A DNA stretch of 64,000 nucleotides from Owenia fusiformis (taxonomy: Eukaryota): positions 22,630,001 to 22,694,000 of the forward strand of contig CAIIXF020000001.1 of assembly GCA_903813345.2 (NCBI GenBank). Reading direction: 5' to 3'. Positions 1 to 13,333 of the stretch are shown in pieces. The stretch's first letter is position 1, and every line of letters begins with the position of its first letter. The notes below the pieces were generated by a model. The model was not told the DNA's origin. It ran no database searches and saw only the letters and a program-made list of their open reading frames with translations. Both the position numbers and the translations under genes were made by a program.

Positions 1-1424
1 GGGGACCTCTAAGGCTATCTAGCTTTAAAATTTGGACAGCAAAATGCCTAGGTCAAAATCTAGGTCAAATTTATAGTTTTTTCTTATTTTTGCGATTCTG
101 ACACTACACTTTAATAATTTGCTTCAGAATTTTGTATACAGGTAGCCAAGAGTGTGCTAATAGTGTTAGCCTTTTGCCGTCAGAAAGTATTTCTACCCAC
201 TTTTGAGATATGGTGTCCGAAAAGTAGGTCAAAATGAAAAATTCTCCAAATTTAACATATGAGCTATGGAATAAGGGTAGAATTTCCTCAGGAATCCGAA
301 TCTGCAAACCATATTTCGATCCGACTTCCCGTTTGAAAGTTATGGCGTTTTGAAATTTCGAGAAAAATCAATCTGATGTTATCCTGATAGAAAGTCAAGG
401 AAAAAAGATTTTTTTGAAGTGTAAAATACGAGATATAGATTGAGTACAGCTTAAGATAATGAATTCCTATAAAAGAAGGGGACCTCAAAAGCTACCTAGT
501 TTCAATATTTGGACACCAAAATGCCTAGGTCAAAATCTAGGTCAAATTCATAGTTTTTCCTTATTTTTGCGATTCTGACACTACACTTTTAGGATTTGCT
601 TCAAAATTTTGTATACAGGTAGCAAAGAGTGTGTTTATAGTGTTAGCCTTTTGCCGTCAGAGAGTATTTTGACCCACTTTTGAGATATGGTGTCCGAAAA
701 GTAGGTCAAAATAAAAAATTCTCGAAATTTAACATATGAGTTATGAATTAAGAGTAGAATTTTCTCAGGAATCCGAATCTGCAAACCAAATTTCGATCCG
801 ACTTCCGGTTCTAAAGTTATGGCGTGTCCGAAAAGTAGGTCAAAATAACAATTCGCCAAATTTAACGTATGAGTTATGAATTAGGGGTAAAATTTTGTCA
901 GGAATCCGAATCTTTAAATCAAATTTCGATCTGACTTCCGGTTTGGAAGTTATGGCGTTTTGAAATTTCGGAAAATCGATCTGATGGTATCCTGATAGAA
1001 AGTCAAGGAAAAAAGATTTTTTTGAAGTGTAAAATACGAGATATAGATTGAGTACAGCTTAAGATAATGAATTCCTATAAAAGATGGGGACCTCAAAAGC
1101 TACCTAGTTTCAATATTTGGACACCAAAATGCCTAGGTCAAAATCTAGGTCAAATTCATAGTTTTTCCTTATTTTTGCGATTCTTGCACTACACTTTTAG
1201 GATTTGCTTCAACATTTTGTATACAGGTAGCAAAGAGTGTGCTAATAGTGAGAGCCTTTTGCCGTCAGAAAGTATTTTGACCCACTTTTGAGATTTGGTG
1301 TCCGTAAAGTAGGTCAAAATAAAAAGTTCTCATAATTTAACTTATGAGTTATGAATTAAGGGTAGAATTTTCTCAGGAATCCAAATCTGCAAACCAAATT
1401 TCAATCCGACTTCCGGTCAAAAAT

Positions 1425-1660
1425 TCCTACTTACCTACCTACTTACCTACTCGGCTACCTACTTAGCTACCTACTCAGCTACCTACTCAGCTACTTACTC
1501 AGCTACCTACTCAGCTACTTACTCAGCTACCTACTCAGCTACTTACTCAGCTACCTACTCAGCTGCTTACTCAGCTACCTACTCAGCTACTTACTCAATT
1601 ACTTAATCATCTACTTACACAGCTTCCTACTCAGTTACTTACTCAGCTCTTTACTCAAGT
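1425..1660. repeat. (CTACTCAG/CTACTTACTCAG)n microsatellite, subterminal in array unit 1
   Basis: Directly visible; similar tracts at ~3235-3465, ~10765-11000 and ~12835-13065. Confidence 0.9.
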
Positions 1661-4600
1661 AAATCAATCTGGAGTCTTAAATTGAACTTTGTTCAATTTA
1701 CCAATCTAGTTATTATTCATTCTTTCTTTCTTTCTTTCTTTCTTTCCGAACACTTTTTCTCAGCAACTAGAAGAACTTACTTTAACCTACTTACATGGCT
1801 AACATAGCCCATCAACCTAGTTTCTGGGAAATTAGGTCAAATTTTTATCTAGGTCAAAGGTCAAGAACTAGGTCAAATTTAGGTCAATCAACATTCTGTC
1901 AATTATCTTCGTTGTTACTTGTGGTAACTCCTTCATCTTTTTTTCAACATGTAGCTTAGAAAAAAACAAATCGAGAATGTGCCATCCGTTTTTTGATTAC
2001 TCTTACTGATTTTGAGATATGGCGTCCGGAAAGTAGGTCAAACTAAAAAGTTAACCAAATTTAACATATGAGCTATGAAATAAGTGTAAAATTTTCTCAG
2101 GAATCTGAATCTGCAAACCAAATTTCGATCCGACTTCCGGTTCGGAAGTTATGGCATTTTGAAAACTCAAAAATCGCTAAATTTGGTGCCAATGTTAAGT
2201 CAATGGGAAAAAAGATTTTTTTGAAGTGAAAAATACGGAATATAGACTAAGTTCAGCTTCACATAATCAAAGCCTTTAAAAGAAGGGGACCTCAAAAGCC
2301 ATCTAGCTTCAAAATTTGGACACCAAAATGCCTAGGTCAAAATCTAGGTCAAATTCATAGGTTTTCCTTATTTTTCGATTCTGACACTACACTTTAATTA
2401 TATTCTTCGAAATTGTGTATACATGTAGCCAAGAGTGTGCTAGTAGCGTTAGCCTTTTGCCGTCAGAAAGTATTTTGACCCACTTTTGAGATATGGTGTC
2501 CGAAATGTAGGTCAAAATAAAAAGTTCTCCAAATTTGATGTTTGAGTTATGAATTAAGAGTAGAATTTTCCGAGAAATCCGAATCTGCAAACCAAATTTC
2601 GATCCGACTTCCGGTTTCGAAGTTATGGCGTGTCCAAAAAGTAGGTCAAAATAAAAATTCGCCAAATTTAACGTATGAGTTATGAATTAGGGGTAAAATT
2701 TTGTCAGGAATCCGAATCTGCAAACCAAATTTCGATCCGACTTCCCGTTTGAAAGTTATGACGTTTTGAAATTTCGAGAAAAATCGATCTGATGTTATCC
2801 TGATTGAAAGTCAAGGAAAAAAGATTTTTTTGAAGTGTAAAATACGAGATATAGATTGAGTACAGCTTAAGATAATGAATTCTGATAAAAGAAGGGGACC
2901 TCAAAAGCTACCTAGTTTCAATATTTGGACACCAAAATGCCTAGGTCAAAATCTAGGTCAAATTCATAGTTTTTCCTTATTTTTTCGATTCTGGCACTAC
3001 ACTTTTAGGATTTGCTTCAACATTTTGTATACAGGTAGCAAAGAATGTGCTAATAGTGAGAGCCTTTTGCCGTCAAACAGTATTTTGACCCACTTTTGAG
3101 ATATGGTGTTCGTAAAGTAGGTCAAAATAAAAAGTTCTCATAATTTAACTTATGAGTTATGAATTAAGGGTAGAATTTTCTCAGGAATCCAAATCTGCAA
3201 ACCAAATTTCAATCCGACTTCCAGTCAAAAATTCCTACTTACCTACCTACTTACCTACTCGGCTACCTACTTAGCTACCTACTCAGCTACTTACTCAGCT
3301 ACCTACTCAGCTACTTACTCAGCTACCTGCTCAGCTGCTTACTCAGCTACCTACTCAGCTACCTACTCAGCTACTTACTCAGCTACCTACTCAGCTACTT
3401 ACTCAATTACTTAATCATCTACTTACTCAGCTTCCTACTCAGTTACTTACTCAGCTCTTTACTCAAGTAAATCAATCTGGAGTCTTAAATTGAACTTTGT
3501 TCAATTTACCAATCTAGTTATTCTTTATTCTTTATTATTCTTTCCCAGTTTTCTCGATAACCATAAGGCTTCCAATAAAGATCATTATTCAGTCAATTTA
3601 TGTCCAGTATTTAGTTCCTCGGAAATTGGGTCAAATTTTTATCTAGGTCAAAGGTCAAGAACTAGGTCAAATCCAGTACTTTGTCACTTTTTTCGATTTT
3701 CTCGGTCGTCCTTCAATATTTTCGATCCGGGTTTTTTTCATTGTGTTCCTCATAAAAAAGTAGAAAAGCTAGGCTCGATTTAGTTTTTTGGTATCTCAAA
3801 CCGATTTCGAGATATCAGTGTCCGAAAACGAGGTCCAAAAAAAAGTTCTCCGAATCCAATGTATAGGATATCAGTCTTATAGGAAATTTTCTCAGGATTC
3901 CGAATCTGAAAACCAAATTTCGATCTGACTTCCGGGTCAGAAGTTATGGCGTTTTGAAAATTCAAAAATCGCTAAATTTGGTGCCCCATGTTAATTCAAT
4001 GGGAAAAAATATTTTTTTGAAGTGTAAAATACGAGATATAGACTAAGCACAGCTAAACATAATGGAAGCCCATAAAAGAAAGGGACCTCATAACCTTCTT
4101 TTCATAAAATTTTGGACACCAAAATGCCTAGGTCAAAATCTAGGTCAAATTCAAAGTTTTTCCTTATTTTTGCGATTCTGACACTACACTTTAATTATAT
4201 TCTTTGAAATTTTGAATACATGTAGCCAAGACTGTGGTAATAGGGTTAGCCTTTTGCCGTCAGAAAGTATTTTGACCCACTTTTGAGATATGGTGTCCGA
4301 AAAGTAGGTCAAAATAAAAATTGCTCCAAATTTAACGTATAAGTTATGAATTAAGACTAAAATTTTCTCAGGAATCCGAATCTGCAAACTTAATTTCAAT
4401 CCAACTCCCGGTCCGTAAGTTATGACGTTTTGAAAGCTCAAAAATCGCTAAATTTGGTGACCCATGTTATGTCAATGGGAAAAACGATTTTTTTGAAGTG
4501 TAAAATTCGAGATATAGACTAAGTACAGCTTAAAATAATGAAAGCTTAAAATAATGAAAGCCTATGAAAGAAGGGGACCTCAAAGGCTACCTAACTTCAA

Positions 4601-4899
4601 AATTTGGACACCAAAATCCCTAGGTCACAATCTAGGTCAAATTCATAGTTTTTCCTTATTTTTGCGATTCTGACACTATATTTAAATGATTTGCTTCAAA
4701 ATTTTGTATACAGGTAGGAAAGAGTGTGCTAATAGTGTACGCATTTTGCCGTCAGAAAGTATTTCGACCAACTTTTGAGATATGGTGTCCGAAAAGTAGG
4801 TCAAAATAAAAAATTCTCCAAATTTAACATATGAGTTATGAATTAAGGGTAGAATTTTCTCAGGAATCCGAGGCTGCAAACCAAATTTCGATCCGACTA

Positions 4900-5060
4900 C
4901 CTTTCCTTCGTATCCTCTCCTTCCTATCCTTCCTATCCTTCCTATCCTTCCTATTCCATTCCTTCTTCCTATTCTATTCTATTATTCTTTCCTATTCTAT
5001 CCTATTGTTCCTTCCTATTCTAGCCTATCCTTCCTTCCTTTTTCATCCATCCATCCATCT
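4900..5060. repeat. (CCTAT/TCCT)n pyrimidine-rich microsatellite, subterminal in array unit 3
   Basis: Directly visible; similar tracts at ~6285-6490 and ~7715-8100. Confidence 0.9.
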
Positions 5061-8000
5061 TTTTCTGGATGACTCAGCTTATTTTGGATGACTCGGCTTA
5101 TTCTGGGTAACTCGGCTAAAAAAGTCTAGATCTGGAGTCTGAAATTGAACTTCGTTCAATTTCCAAAGTCTAGTTATTATTATTTTTCTTTAAGAGTTTT
5201 TTCAATAACTATAAGGTATCCAGTAAAGATCATAATACAGTATATTTAGGTTCAGTATCTAGTTGGTGGGAAATTGGGTCAAATTTTTATCTAGGTCAAA
5301 GGTCAAGAACTAGGTCAAATCCAGTACTTTGTCACTTTTTTCGATTTTCTCAGTCGTCCTTCAATATTTTCGATCCGGTTTTTTTTTCATTGTGTTCCTC
5401 ATAAAAAAGTAGTATGAAGAAACACGATTTAGATTTTTGATATCTCGAACCGATTTCGAGATATCAGTGTCCGAAGACGAGGTCCAAAAAAAAATTCTCC
5501 GAATCAAATGTCCAGGATATTAGTCTTATAGGAAATTTTCTCAGGATTCCGAATCTGAAAACCAAATTTGGATTGGACTTCCGGTTCAGAAGTTATGGCG
5601 TTTTGAAAGCTCAAAAATCGCTAAATTTGGTGCCCATGTTAAGTCAATGGGAAAAAATATTTTTTTGAAGTGAAAAATACGAAATATAGACTGAGTTCAG
5701 CTTAATATAATGATAGCTTTTAAAAAAATGGGACCTCAAAAGCCATCTAGCTTCAAAATTTGGACCCCAAAATGCCTAGGTCAAAATCTAGGTCAAATTC
5801 AAGGTTTTTCCTTATTTTTGCGATTCTGACACTACAGATTAATTATATTCTTCGAAATTTTGTATACATGTAGACAAGAGTGTGCTAATAGTGTTAGCCT
5901 TTTGCCGTCAGGAAGTATTTTGCCCCACTTTTGAGATATGGTGTCCAAAAAGTAGGTTAAAATAAAAAATTCTCCAAATTTAACGTTTGAGTTATGAAGT
6001 AAGTATAGAATTTTCTCAGGAATCCGAATCTACAAACCAAATTTCGATCCGACTTCCGGTTCAGAAGTTATGGCGTGTCCGAAAAGTAGGTCAAAATAAA
6101 AATTTGCCAAATTTAACGTATGAGTTATGAATTAGGGGTAGAATTTTGTCAGGAATCCGAATCTTTAAATCAAATTTCGATTTGACTCCTGGTTCGGAAG
6201 TTATGGCGTTTTGAAATTTCGGAAAATCGATCTGATGGTATCCTGATAGAAAGTCAAGAGTAGAGAACAAAATATTGAAAAATTCATCCATCCTTCCTAT
6301 CTGATCTTACCCTATCCTATCCTATCCTTCCTATCTATCCTTCCTTCGTATCATTTCCTTCCTATCCTTCCTATCCTCTCCTATCATATCCTTTCTTCCT
6401 ATTCTGTTCTATCCTATCCTTCTTTCTTATTCTATCCTATCGTTCCTTCCTATTCTATCCTATCCTACCTTCCTATTTTATCCATCCATCTTTTTCTGGA
6501 TGACTCAGCTTATTTTGGATGACTCGGCTTATTCTGGATGACTCGGCTAAAAAAAAGTCTAGATCTGGAGTCTGAAATTGAACTTCGTTCAATTTCCAAA
6601 GTCTAGTTCTTATTATTCTTTGGGAGTTTTTTCAATAACTATGAGGTATCCAGTAAGTACCATAATACAGTTTATTTAGGTTCAGTATCTAGTTGGTGGG
6701 AAATTGGGTCAAATTTTTATCTAGGTCAAAGGTCAAGAACTAGGTCAAATCCAGTACTTTGTCACTTTTTTCGATTTTCTCGGTCGTCCTTCAATATTTT
6801 CGATCCGGGTTTTTTTCATTGTGTTCCTTATAAAAAAGTAGGAAACCTAGGGTCGATTTAGTTTTTTGATATCTCAAACCGATTTCGAGATATCAGTGTC
6901 CGAAAACGAGGTCCAAAAAAAAGTTCTCTGAATCAAATGTCCAGAATATTAGTCTTATAGGAAATTTTCTCATGATTCCGAATCTGGAAACGAAATTTTG
7001 ATCCGACTTCCGGTTCGGAAGTTATGGCGTTTTGAAAACTCAAAAATCGCTAAATTTGGTGCCCATGTTAAGTCAATGGGAAAAAATATTTTTTTGAAGT
7101 GAAAAATACGGAATAAAGACTGAGTTCAGCTTCATATAATCAAAGCCTTGAAAAGAAGGGGACCTCAAAAGCCATCTAGCTTCAAAATTTGAACACCGAA
7201 ATGCCTAGGTCAAAATCTAGGTCAAATTCATAGGTTTTCCTTATTTTTTCGATTCTGACACTACACTTTAATTATATTCTTCGAAATTGTGTATACATGT
7301 AGCCAAGAATATGCTGATAGTGTTAGCCTTTTGCCGTCAGAAAGTATTTTGACCCACTTTTGAGATATGGTGTCCGAAAAGTAGGTCAAAATAAAAAGTT
7401 CTCCAAATTTAATATATGAGTTATGAATTAAGAGTAGAATTTTGTCAGTAATCCGGATATGCAAACCAAATTTCGATCCGACTTCCGATTCGGAAGTTAT
7501 GGCGTGTCCGAAAAGTAGGTCAAAATAAAAAATCTCCAAATTTAACGTATGAGTTATGAATTAGGGGAAGAATTTTGTCAGGAATCCGAATCTGCAAACC
7601 AAATTTCGATCCGACTTCCGGTTCGGAAGTTATAGCGTTTTGAATTTTCGAGAAAAATCGATCTGATGGTATCCTGATAGAAAGTCAAGAGTAGAGAAGA
7701 AAATATTGAAAAATTCATCCATCCTTCCTATCTCATCCTATCCTATCCTTCCTATCTCATCCTATCCTATCCTTCCTATCTATCCTTCCTTCATATCTTT
7801 TCCTTCCTATCCTATCCTATTATCATGCTTTCTGTTGCTATGGCAACTATAACTTTAACCAATCACATCACTTTGATCTGTAACTTGATATATCAATTCA
7901 ATAATGTTTGATCATTATTCTGACCAAATTTCAGGATGTTTGGACCAAAATTTACAAAATGCCAGATACTTTTACCTTATTTATTGATCACCCTATATCC

Positions 8001-11000
8001 TTTCTTCCTATTCTATTCTATCCTATCCTTCTTTCTTATTCTATCCTATCGTTCTTTCCTATTCTATCCTATCCTACCTTCCTATTTTATTTATCCATCT
8101 CTTTCTAGATGACTCAGCTTATTCTGGATGACTCGGCTTATTCTGGATGACTCGGCTAAAAAAAAGTCTAGATCTGGAGTCTGAAATTGAACTTCGTTCA
8201 ATTTCCAAAATCTAGTTATTATTATTCTTTCAGAATCTTCCTCCTTCCCAGATTTCTCACCAACTAAAAGAATTTACTTTAAGCTGCTTACATGATCAAC
8301 TAGGGGCAGTTCCTGGGATGATGGGAAATTAGGTCAAATTTTTATCTAGGTCAAGGGTCAAGAACTAGGTCAAATCAAGGTCAAATCAACATTCTGTCAA
8401 TTATCTTCGTCGTTGTTTGTCGTAACTACTTCATCTTAGTTTCTACATGTAGCTTAGAAAAAAACAAATCGAGAGTGTGCCATTCGTTTTTTGATTACTC
8501 TTAGCGATTTTGAGATATGGCGTCCTGAAAGTAGGTCAAAACCAAAAAGTTCTCCAAATTTAACATATGAGCTATGAAATAAGGGTAGAATTTTCTCAGG
8601 AATCCGAATCTGCAAACCAAATTTTGATCCGACTACCCGTTCGGAAGTTATGGCGTTTTGAAAGCTCAAAAATCGCTAAATTTGGTGCCCATGTTAAGTC
8701 AATGGGAAAAAAGATTTTTTTGAAGTGAAAAATACGAAATATAGACTGAGTTCAGCTAAATATAATGAAAGCTTTTAAAAGAAGGGGACCTCATAAGCCA
8801 TCTAGCTTCAAAATTCGGACACCAAAATGCCTAGGTCAAAATCTAGGTCAAATTCAAAGTTTTTCCTTATTTTTGCGATTCTGACACAACAGATTAATTA
8901 TATTCTTCGAAATTTTGTATACATGTAGCTAAGAGTCTGCTAATAGTGTTAGCCTTTTGCCGTCAGAAAGTATTTTGCCCCATTTTTGAGATATGGTGTC
9001 CGAAAAGTAGGTCAAAATAAAAAATTCTCAAAATTTGACGTTTGAGTTATGAGTTAAGTATAGAATTTTCTCAGGAATCCGAATCTGCAAACCAAATTTC
9101 GATCCGACTTCCGGTTTGGAAGTTATGGCGTGTCCGAAAAGTAGGTCAAAATAAAAAGTTTCCAAATTTAACGTATGAGCTATGAATTAAGAATAGAATT
9201 TTCTCTGGAATCCAAATCTGCAAACCAAATTTCGATCCGACTTCCGGTTCGGAAGTTATGGCGTTTTGAAAGCTCAAAAATCGCTAAATTTGGTGCTCCA
9301 TGTTATGTCAATGGGAAAAAATATTTTTTTGAAGTGTAAAATACGAGATATAGACTAAGTACAGCTAAACATAATGGAAGCCCATAAAAGAAGGGGACCT
9401 CAAAACCTTCTAATTTTGAAAATTTGGACAACAAAATGCCTAGGTCAAAATCTAGGTCAAATTCAAAGCTTTTCCTTATTTTTGCGATTCTGACACTACA
9501 CTTTGATTATATTCTTCGAAATTGTGTATACATGTAGCCAAGAGTGTGCTTATAGTGTTAGCCTTTTGCCGTCAAAAAGTATTTTGACCCACTTTTGAGA
9601 TATGGTGTCCCAAAAGTAGGTCAAAATAAAAAAATCTTCAAATGTAACGTATGAGTTATGAATAAGGGGTAGAATTTTATCATGAATCCGAATCTGCAAA
9701 TCAAATTTTGATTCGACCTCCTGTTCGGAAGTTATGGTGTTTTGAAAGCTCAAAAATCGCTAAATTTGCTGCCCCATGTTATGTCAATGGGAAAAAAGAT
9801 TTTTTTGAAGTGTAAAATACGAGATATAGACTGAGTACAGCTTAATATAATGAAAGCCTATTAAAGAAGGGGACCTCGAAGGCTACTTAGCTCCAAAATT
9901 TGGACACCAAAATGCCTAGGTCAAAAACAAGGTCAAATTTATAGTTTTCCCTTATTTTTGCGATTCTGACACTATATTTAAATGATTTGCTTTAAAATTT
10001 TGTATACAGGTAGCAAAGAGTATGCTAATAGTGTTAGCGTTTTGCCGTCAGAAAGTATTTTGACCCACTTTTGAGATATGGTGTCCGAAAAGTTGGCCAA
10101 AGTTAAAAGTTTTCCAAATTTAACGTATGAGTTATGAATTAAGGGTAGAATTTTCTGAGGGATCAAAATTTGCAAACCAAATTTCGATCCGACTTCTTGT
10201 TCTGAAGTTATGGCGTTTTGAAATCTCAAAAATCGCTAAATTTGGTGCCCCATGTTAAATCAATGGGACCGAATAATTTTTTGAAGTGTAAAAATACGAG
10301 ATATAGAATGAGTACAGCTAAACATAATAAAAGCCCATAAAAGAAGGGGACCTCAAAAGCTACTTTCCTTCAAAATTTGGACACCAAAATACCAAGTTCA
10401 AAATCTAGGTCAAATTCTTAGTTTTTTCTTATTGTTGCAATTTGGACACTACACTTCAATGATATTCTTCGAAATTTTGTATACATGTAGCAAAGAGTGT
10501 GCTCATAATGTTAACTTGTTGCCGTCAAGAAGTGTTTTGACCCACTTTTGAGATATGGTGATCGAAATGTATGTCAAAATAAAAAGTTCTCCAAATTTAA
10601 CGTATGAGTTATGAATTAGGGGTAGAATTTCCTAAGGAATCCGGATCTGAAATTAAAATTGCAATCCGACCCCCGGTTAAGATTCTAAGCCATTTTGAGG
10701 TTTGAAATTCGCACTTGCCAGTATTCACGATGCAGATTGATCAAATAAACTTTCAAAAATTCCTACATACCCTACTTTACCTCCCTACCTACTCAGCTAC
10801 TTATTTGACTACTTACTCAATTGCTTAATTAGTTATTACTTACTTAGCTACTTACTCAGCTACTAACTCAGGTACTTACTCAGCTACTTACTCAACTACT
10901 ACAAGCTTTTTACCCAGTTACTTACTCAGCTACTTACTCAACTACTACTAAGGTACTTACTCAGCTAATTACTCAGTTAATTACTCAGCTCTTTACTGAT

Positions 11001-13333
11001 CTATCTAGGTAAAATAAATCTGGAGTCTTAAATTGAACTTGTTCAATTTCACAAATCTAGTTATTCTTCTTCTTCCTCCTTCCCAGATTTCTCACCAACT
11101 AGAAGAGCTTACTTTAAGCTGCTTACATGATTAACTAGGGAATGTATCTGGCTTTCTGGGAAATAAGGTCAAATTTTTATCTAGGTCAAAGGTCAAGAAC
11201 TAGGTCAAATCCAGTACTTTGTCACTTTTTCCCATTATCTCGGTCGTCCTCCAATATTTTTGATCCTGTTTTTTTTCATTGTGTTCCTCATAAAAAAGTA
11301 GAAAACCTAGGGTCGATTTAGTTTTTTGGTATCTCAAACCGATTTCGAGATATCAGTGTCCGAAAACGAGGTCCAAAAAAAAGTTCACCGAATCCAATGT
11401 CCAGGATATTAGTCTTATGGGAAATTTTCTCAGGATTCCGAATCTGAAAACCAAATTTCGATCTGACTTCCGGTTTAGAAGTAATGGCGTTTTGAAAATT
11501 CAAAAATCGCTAAATTTGGTGCCCCATGTTAATTCAATGGGAAAAAATATTTTTTTGAAGTGAAAAATACGAGATATAGACTAAGCACAGCTAAACATAA
11601 TGGAAGCCCATAAAAGAAAGGGACCACAAGACCTTCTTTTCATAAAAATTTGGACACCAAAATGCCTAGGTCAAAATCTAGGTCAAATTCAAAGTTTTTC
11701 CTTATTTTTGCGATTCTGACACTACATATTAATTATATTCTTCGAAAATTTGTGTACATGTAGCCAAGAGTGTGCTAATAGTGTTAGCCTTTTGCCGTCA
11801 GGAAGTATTTTGACCCACTTTTGAGATATGGTGTCCGAAAAGTAGGTCAAACTAAAAAGTTCTCCAAATTTAACGTATGAGTTATGAATTAAGGGTAGAA
11901 TTTTCTCAGGAATCCAAATCTGCAAACCAAATTTCAATCCGGCTTTTGGTTTGGAATTTATGTCGTTTTGATAGCTCAAAAATCGCTAAATTTGGTGCCC
12001 CATGTTATGGCAATGGGAAAAAAGATTTTTTTGAAGTGTAAAATACAAGATATAGACTGAGTACAGCTTAATTTAATGAAAGCCTATTAAAGAAGGGGAC
12101 CTCGAAGGCTACTTAGCTCCAAAATTTGGACACCAAAATGCCTAGGTCAAAATCTAGGTCAAATTTATAGTTTTCCCTTATTTTTGCGATTCTGACACTA
12201 TATTTAAATGATTTGCTTTAAAATTTTGTATACAGGTAGCAAAGAGTATGCTAATAGTGTTAGCGTTTTGCCGTCAGAAAGTATTTTGACCCACTTTTGA
12301 GACATGGTGTCCAAAAAGTAGGCCAAAGTAAAAAGTTTTCCAAAATTAACGTAAGAGTTATGAATTAAGGGTAGAATTTTTTCAGAAATCTAGATCTGCA
12401 AACCAAATTTCGATCCGACTACTTGTTCTGAAGTTATGGCGTTTTGAGATCTCAAAAATCGCTAAATTTGGTGCCCCATGTTAAATCATTGGGACCGAAT
12501 AATTTTTTGAAGTGTAAAAATACGAGATATAGAATGAGTACAGCTAAACATAATGAAAGCCCATAGAAGAAGGGGACCTCAAAAGCTACTTTCCTTCAAA
12601 GTTTGGACACCAAAATACCTAGTTTAAAAAATCTAGGTCAAATTCATAGTTTTTTCTTATTTTGCGATTCTGACACTACACTTCAATGATATTCTCCGAA
12701 ATTTTGTATACTTGTAGCAAAAATTGCAATCCGACCCCAGGTTTAGATTCTACGCCATTTTGAAGTTTGAAATTCGCACTTGCCAGTATTCACGATGCAG
12801 ATTGATCAAATATACTTTCAAAAATTCCTGCATACCCTACTTTACCTCTCTACCTACTCAGCTACTTATTTGACTACTTACTCAATTACTTAATTAGTTA
12901 TTACTTACTTAGCAACTTACTCAGCTACTAACTCAGGTACTTACTCAGCTACTTACTCAGCTACCTACTCAGCTTTTTACTCAGTTACTTACTCAGCTAC
13001 TTACTCAACTACTACTAAGGTACTTACTCAGCTAATTACTCAGTTACTTACTCAGCTCTTTACTGATCTATCTAGGTAAAATAAATCTGGAGTCTTAAAT
13101 TGAACTTGTTCAATTTCACAAATCTAGTTATTTTAACAGCTAGATTTGGACTTTTGAGTCACCAGTCCTGACAGCTATAAGCTGAAGTACATTTGTACAT
13201 GAGCTTGGGAATTTTATTCATGGGTTTGGTTTACTTTTAACTTATAATTTAATTAGTAACTTGTTTATGTATTCAATAAACCAAACATCCAAATACAAAG
13301 ACAATAATCTCACTTTCAGAAATCACTGAGAAA

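Larger units (their letters stand above)
1..13127 (+). mobile_element. Tandem array of seven non-autonomous Helitron/Helentron-like units with internal satellite-like subrepeats
   Basis: The motif ATCTGGAGTCT-(T/G)AAATTGAAC-loop-GTTCAATTT-5-7 nt-CTAG|TT recurs with CTAG at 1706, 3514, 5170, 6603, 8212, 11057 and 13124. The last copy coincides with the repeat/unique-sequence boundary. Units contain recurring subrepeats (…AGTAGGTCAAAATAAAA…GAATCCGAATCTGCAAACCAAATTTCGATCCGACTTCCGG…) and a microsatellite before each end. No Rep/helicase ORF. Confidence 0.7.

Noticed and set aside
7834-7847. RFX X-box-like palindrome as a CC2D2A regulatory site
   Set aside because: It lies in a repeat more than 50 kb from the 5' end of the gene and beyond its 3' end; no support for function.
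104-11979. Many similar short ORFs (…QIRIPEKILPLIHNSYVKFGEFF…) in the left array
   Set aside because: They are translations of the repeated noncoding unit, with variable stops and frameshifts, non-ATG starts and no recognisable domain.
1-13127. Possible CRISPR-like or phage/prokaryotic repeat region
   Set aside because: No unique spacers and no cas genes; the context is a spliced animal genome.
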